Position numbers and translations under genes: made by a program. 40,438 nt of DNA from a virus. Its lineage: Duplodnaviria; Caudoviricetes. Shown here in pieces: positions 36,196 to 40,438 of the stretch. The notes beneath the pieces were generated by a model. That model was not told the origin of the DNA. It was given only the letters and a program-made list of their open reading frames with translations, and made no database searches. The stretch is taken from positions 1 to 40,438 of IMG/VR virus record IMGVR_UViG_3300022936_000006; one strand, given 5' to 3'. The stretch's first letter is position 1. Each line of letters starts with the position of its first letter.

Positions 36196-36846
36196 TTAGT
36201 TTAAGGAATTTTTTAAGTGATTTAAAATTTGATTTATCGGCTCATCTTCATGGGTGCTGAACTGCGGCGCAATCGTGAGTGATTTTAATATGTTTTCGAC
36301 CTGTAAAAGCCTACTATCTGAATAAGGCAGGTTGTACATTTTCATTAAATGGTCAATTAATTTATTTGTGTTTGTAACTTCTTTTAGCCCGGTTACTACA
36401 GCTAACGGATTTGCGCCCCAACTGGTAAGGAATGAATATTCTTTAAGTCCGTACTCTTTAATAATACGGCTATCCTTAGCATCACGCCTTAATACCCTGT
36501 AGCCAATTGATAAATCGGCATCTTGTCCGTTATCGGTAATCAACTTAACGTCATTGAACATATCACGACCTAAATCTGTGTTCATTTGAAATTGCGTACC
36601 AGTAAGCAAACCGTAATTGTCCTGCGTATCTATTTTCTTAGGAACGCCTACCATTAAAGTAGTGTCGTGATTTTTATATACACGAATCTTTTTAAAATTT
36701 TCAGATACAGACTTGATAAAAGAACCGGGAGCGGAAATATCCTTGTCGCTATCCTCATTGTTGTAGGCATTTGCATACGCTTCAACATAGCCCGTTTTAT
36801 CGTCTAAATCTTTTACCTCTGACTGGAAATCTTTAGTTAAGTCCAT
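36196..36846 (-). CDS. HK97-family prohead protease
   Basis: YANAYNNEDSDKD..GSF..NHD..LSIGY..EYSFLTSWGANP. Confidence 0.9.
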   Translation of the reverse strand: MDLTKDFQSEVKDLDDKTGYVEAYANAYNNEDSDKDISAPGSFIKSVSENFKKIRVYKNHDTTLMVGVPKKIDTQDNYGLLTGTQFQMNTDLGRDMFNDVKLITDNGQDADLSIGYRVLRRDAKDSRIIKEYGLKEYSFLTSWGANPLAVVTGLKEVTNTNKLIDHLMKMYNLPYSDSRLLQVENILKSLTIAPQFSTHEDEPINQILNHLKNSLN

Positions 36847-36915
36847 GTATTATTTATGTTACGAAACAAATGTAATAAATAAAATTGATATGCAAATAAA
36901 AATGTAACAATTATG

Positions 36916-37755
36916 CTACGATGCCCCTATAACCCTACCGTTAACAATTCGTCCGCGCTTAACTAATCCATTATAACGGTTTTCGGACATATACGATTCA
37001 GTACACCTGCAATTAGCTCGCTCTTTAGGCGTCAACCTTACATCACCAGGCGCTTCACACTGTTCACCTCCTACAACGTGCAATTCCTCAATCATTAGAA
37101 TGGTATCATTTTCTTCTAAGTGCGTTTTACGTTCTCTTGGGTCTTGACGGCCTAACCATAATTTATATCCCTGTCCGCCTTGTTGTTTTATCCATGAATC
37201 AGCACCTATACGCTTACCCAAATTAGCCATGCTTGTCACCTCTGTACGTGTTATGGTATCTCCGCGCTTCTGCAGGTTTTCACGAATCCATTTATTGAAT
37301 AACCGTGTTCTGCCTAATCTGTCAACTCCCAATTCGTAGGAATCGCCCAGGGCTTTTGTGATTAACTCAATCGTCCTATCATTTAAATAACGCTCGATCT
37401 GGTAAGTGTAGGTTAAGGCGTAGTCCCTAAGCAATGACGACCAAACATTAATAAGCAGGTCAATTGCGCTGGCTTTAGATTCTATACCCTCTAATGTCCT
37501 TTGCCTGTAGAATTCTTTACGCGCCATACGCATACCTATTCGCTCATATAAAGCAGGGTAAACAGAACGCCAAACATCTGTTCTGATTATTAATGCTACC
37601 GGAATATTTCGCATATCCATTCCGCCAGCTACAGCATCAATTACGGGCTGATAGGAATTACGTAGGGCTTTACGAAACATTGACCGGCATTCCTTTTCCG
37701 CTGATTTGTGGAACCGGGCAAAATCAATGCGTTCTTGTCGGAATTCTTTAAGCAT
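36916..37755 (-). CDS. Head morphogenesis protein (Mu F/SPP1 gp7-like)
   Basis: ITRTEV..K.W..D.RER.TH..PGD..ANCRC. Confidence 0.85.
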   Translation of the reverse strand: MLKEFRQERIDFARFHKSAEKECRSMFRKALRNSYQPVIDAVAGGMDMRNIPVALIIRTDVWRSVYPALYERIGMRMARKEFYRQRTLEGIESKASAIDLLINVWSSLLRDYALTYTYQIERYLNDRTIELITKALGDSYELGVDRLGRTRLFNKWIRENLQKRGDTITRTEVTSMANLGKRIGADSWIKQQGGQGYKLWLGRQDPRERKTHLEENDTILMIEELHVVGGEQCEAPGDVRLTPKERANCRCTESYMSENRYNGLVKRGRIVNGRVIGAS

Positions 37756-37946
37756 TATAATTGAACGGTTGCTTTTACTTCGGATAAAATATAATTTGGA
37801 GTATTGACGAATTTAGATGTTACATTTACTTTAGTTAAATCTATTGATTCAACCTTAAGCCCTGTTCTATTCTCAAATTCAGATATTGAGTCAAATATTA
37901 CCTTTTCTAAGGTTTTTTTAAGCGATACTACGTTTTTTATGTCCAT
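37755..37946 (-). CDS. Hypothetical protein
   Basis: FENRTGLKVESIDL motif; coupled to its neighbours. Confidence 0.6.
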   Translation of the reverse strand: MDIKNVVSLKKTLEKVIFDSISEFENRTGLKVESIDLTKVNVTSKFVNTPNYILSEVKATVQL

Positions 37947-37948
37947 AA

Positions 37949-38113
37949 TCAAATATCGTCTTTATCCTCAATATCTACAGTATCAATACTGTTACAATTC
38001 AATTCACTATCTAACTCCGTGTAATCTGTAGCCATAATAAAACCGGCTTCTACCCCTTTATTGTAAGCCTCAATAAGTAGTGAGCAATCTATAATAAGTT
38101 CCAGGCTTGCCAT
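37949..38113 (-). CDS. Small acidic hypothetical protein (54 aa)
   Basis: MASLELIIDCSLLIEAYNKG...; fills the gap after the portal gene. Confidence 0.55.
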   Translation of the reverse strand: MASLELIIDCSLLIEAYNKGVEAGFIMATDYTELDSELNCNSIDTVDIEDKDDI

Positions 38114-38114
38114 A

Positions 38115-39470
38115 TTACAATTCCTCCGCTCCCCGTTCAGGGTCTAATTCATCGATAAACACCGCATCCAGATCCATTAAACCAGACGGTACCAGAAACT
38201 TATTCATATTCGGGTTACTATCTTCATCCATGTTGAATATCTTGCGCTTTTCGTTACCTGTCACGTACCACGCATCACCATAAACGGCTTTCATTTGTAC
38301 CAGATCAGGCGCCAATTCACTGAATTCCGTTAAGTCGTGACTAGGGTGCAATCTTTCACCTTTATACCATTCAGCAGAAAACTGTCTAAATTTAGCGTCA
38401 AACTCCCTTAATTCGGATACGACAACATTTGTTACTAATGCTTTATATGCCCCGGCAACGTTTGCGTCTGTACCGCCTGTCATATCGCCAATAAGGATAG
38501 GAGAAACGCCCCAGCCTGCAGCAATACGTACCGCGTCCTGATTGTCTGCATTGATTGCGTTTAAATCAACCAGTGTATCGCCTAATTTATCAACTTTAAC
38601 AAGGCCATTGGTAACATGGAACTTGCCATTATTTTCTACTCCGGTCCAATCTCTTTGTATAGTCTCTTTTATGCTTTTAACCTGCTCAACTGATAATTTA
38701 GAATGAGCCGTTCCGTTATCAACAATAACATCAGAACTTAATATAGTGCCCGTACCTCCGTTTTTAAACGCTGCGCCTTGCGCTATGTCATTTTGATTAT
38801 TCTTTGCTACGTTTGAACCCACAGCCTGTAGGGGAGAGAACCCGCCCTGCAAAGGGTCATTAGGCGACCATTTCGGCATGTGCATTAAATCCTCCATTGG
38901 AAGCTCTATTGTTTCGCCTGTCCATGAACTGAATTTATACCCTGTTATCGGCTTTCTCCAATCGTTACCCTCTCGCCTTGGAACAACCCTGTCTGATGGC
39001 AGGCAGTGTAAAAATACAGGTCTATCACCAATCCTTTCTACAAACAAATAACCATCCCCGGTAAGCTCGTAATTAAACCAAAACGCTTTCCTTAACTCAA
39101 TACCTGTCTGATATTGGTTAGGGATATCAAGTAAAGTTATTAATGGATGGTCTTCTAATTCTTCCAGCGCCTTAGCCTGTAAAAGATTGTACTTTCCCGT
39201 TTCGTTGCCTTGGCTGAAATTGTATGCTTTAACCTTTCTTAGATCTTTTTTGCTCGTAACCTTGCTTACGATTATAGGAGCTTCGATCAGTTTTCTGACC
39301 AAAACATTAACAACCGCGTACACAATCTTATTCCTGTACCCCTCGCTTAACTGCCCGGACTTAGCTTTATAACTCCATCCCCACGTATTACCGAACATCA
39401 TCGTTACCCCTGGAGCGTAATAAGCCTTTATACCAAGTAATGCGGCCCCGATCTTTTGCAGTTTATTCAT
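38115..39470 (-). CDS. Portal protein (HK97 family)
   Basis: HPLITLL..PN.YQTG..LTGDGY..GFSPL..FKNG..IAAGWGVSP..T.NEKR. Confidence 0.9.
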   Translation of the reverse strand: MNKLQKIGAALLGIKAYYAPGVTMMFGNTWGWSYKAKSGQLSEGYRNKIVYAVVNVLVRKLIEAPIIVSKVTSKKDLRKVKAYNFSQGNETGKYNLLQAKALEELEDHPLITLLDIPNQYQTGIELRKAFWFNYELTGDGYLFVERIGDRPVFLHCLPSDRVVPRREGNDWRKPITGYKFSSWTGETIELPMEDLMHMPKWSPNDPLQGGFSPLQAVGSNVAKNNQNDIAQGAAFKNGGTGTILSSDVIVDNGTAHSKLSVEQVKSIKETIQRDWTGVENNGKFHVTNGLVKVDKLGDTLVDLNAINADNQDAVRIAAGWGVSPILIGDMTGGTDANVAGAYKALVTNVVVSELREFDAKFRQFSAEWYKGERLHPSHDLTEFSELAPDLVQMKAVYGDAWYVTGNEKRKIFNMDEDSNPNMNKFLVPSGLMDLDAVFIDELDPERGAEEL

Positions 39471-39511
39471 GTTTGTAAAAGTAGGTTATTTTATATTAAG
39501 TAACAAAAAAG

Positions 39512-40438
39512 TTAGACTAACTGTGATTCGAGTTGTAGTTCCTTTCGTAATTCAAACCACATCCGCATCATAATCATATCCGAAACATCAGGGGACCGGC
39601 CTAGTAATTCCTTTACCTTGTCCTTTGGAACTACCTGTTTTTTCCCGTCCTTATCCATATCCTTTTGCTTAACCTGTTCAAATTCTTCTATAAGCCTGGC
39701 TACAAATTCAGGATCATCCGATGCAACAAATAGCTGATTCGCCCTTACCACTTCAGCTAATTTGAAATAGCACTGTGATTTAAGGTTGTTAAAATTCTCT
39801 CCATGCAAAGGACTTGAATTATTTACAAAGCCTTTACAGCCCAACTGATCCATAACACCCCCGCCGACTCCATCTTCATCTACAATTATTTGCGATAATG
39901 GTATTTCAAATTGTTGAGCCTGGCTCATTATCTCGGAAACCACCCACGTAGTAGGCTTTTTATTCAACTCAATGTATTTTACAAGCCTTAACCCATCCCA
40001 TACCCCAATCATTGTACTGTCATCGCCAAAACGCGCTATATCTGCAGTAATATATCTTTTACCTCCTCTAACGAATTTATTTGTAAATACATTATTAATA
40101 TCATCAATTGACATTAAAGCCGATGGGTCATCGTCATACTCCCAATCACCATAATAAAGCCTCTGTTTGCTATTTTTATCAAGCCTAAGCAAAGATTGCA
40201 GGTAGGATGGATGTAAATGTGGGTTGTCTGTTGGTAATGCCTGTATGAACTGCCGGAAAGGTTGTAGTGTTTTATCCTTACTTGGTTTATAGAAATGGGA
40301 ATAAGTCCAGTTCTTTGCCGGATTGCATGTGCCCAGCATTTTCGGTATAAGATCAAATTCATTTAATTTATACCTTATCCTGGATTTAACAATTTGCCAT
40401 GCCTTGTAAACTACCTGGTTGCATTCATCCACTACCGC
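39512..40438 (-). CDS. terL: Terminase large subunit, C-terminal part (nuclease domain)
   Basis: GTCNP, ITADIARFGDD, VDEDGVGGGV, GRSPD motifs. Confidence 0.93.
   Translation of the reverse strand, partial: AVVDECNQVVYKAWQIVKSRIRYKLNEFDLIPKMLGTCNPAKNWTYSHFYKPSKDKTLQPFRQFIQALPTDNPHLHPSYLQSLLRLDKNSKQRLYYGDWEYDDDPSALMSIDDINNVFTNKFVRGGKRYITADIARFGDDSTMIGVWDGLRLVKYIELNKKPTTWVVSEIMSQAQQFEIPLSQIIVDEDGVGGGVMDQLGCKGFVNNSSPLHGENFNNLKSQCYFKLAEVVRANQLFVASDDPEFVARLIEEFEQVKQKDMDKDGKKQVVPKDKVKELLGRSPDVSDMIMMRMWFELRKELQLESQLV
40312..40438. repeat. Terminal direct repeat, identical to 1-127
   Basis: Direct sequence identity. Confidence 0.95.

Noticed and set aside
529-40362. Opposite-strand or nested ORFs in the track (e.g. 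529-891, 5090-5389, 16891-17283, 24725-25336, 35773-36204, 1868-2101, 11920-12108)
   Set aside because: They are shadows of well-supported genes or of regulatory DNA, with no motifs or start context.
1-40438. Stop-codon reassignment, DGR, introns/inteins, tRNAs
   Set aside because: Core genes are full-length in the standard code and TAA, TAG and TGA all end genes. I noticed no reverse transcriptase, template/variable repeat pair, interrupted core gene or cloverleaf by eye; tRNAscan was not run.

Overview
The window looks like a complete, circularly assembled siphovirus genome of about 40.3 kb. Positions 1-127 are identical to 40312-40438, and the terminase large subunit gene runs across that junction. 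Recurrent TAnnTTTG promoters, A-rich translation starts without Shine-Dalgarno motifs and the gene families point to a Bacteroidota host. Divergent early operons start near 12.0 kb. The leftward operon holds a recombination module, a DNA methyltransferase, a primase, two helicase/NTPase genes, an iteron-type origin and a VRR-NUC nuclease. The rightward operon holds many small hypothetical genes. The minus-strand late region covers terminase, HK97-type head, a long non-contractile tail with a -1 frameshifted chaperone, tail fibre/SGNH spike and lysis genes. I saw no integrase, S24 repressor, tRNA or CRISPR array. The most notable unexplained signals are: (i) two covarying kissing-loop/terminator RNA leaders ahead of the replication and recombination genes; (ii) a 16-bp palindromic operator GTAAC-N6-GTTAC at most late promoters; (iii) a signal-peptide protein that repeats the C-terminal tip domain of the adjacent tail fibre; (iv) an unannotated Cys/Trp/Gly peptide co-transcribed with three membrane proteins beside the lysis genes. 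All calls come from reading motifs by eye; no database search was run.
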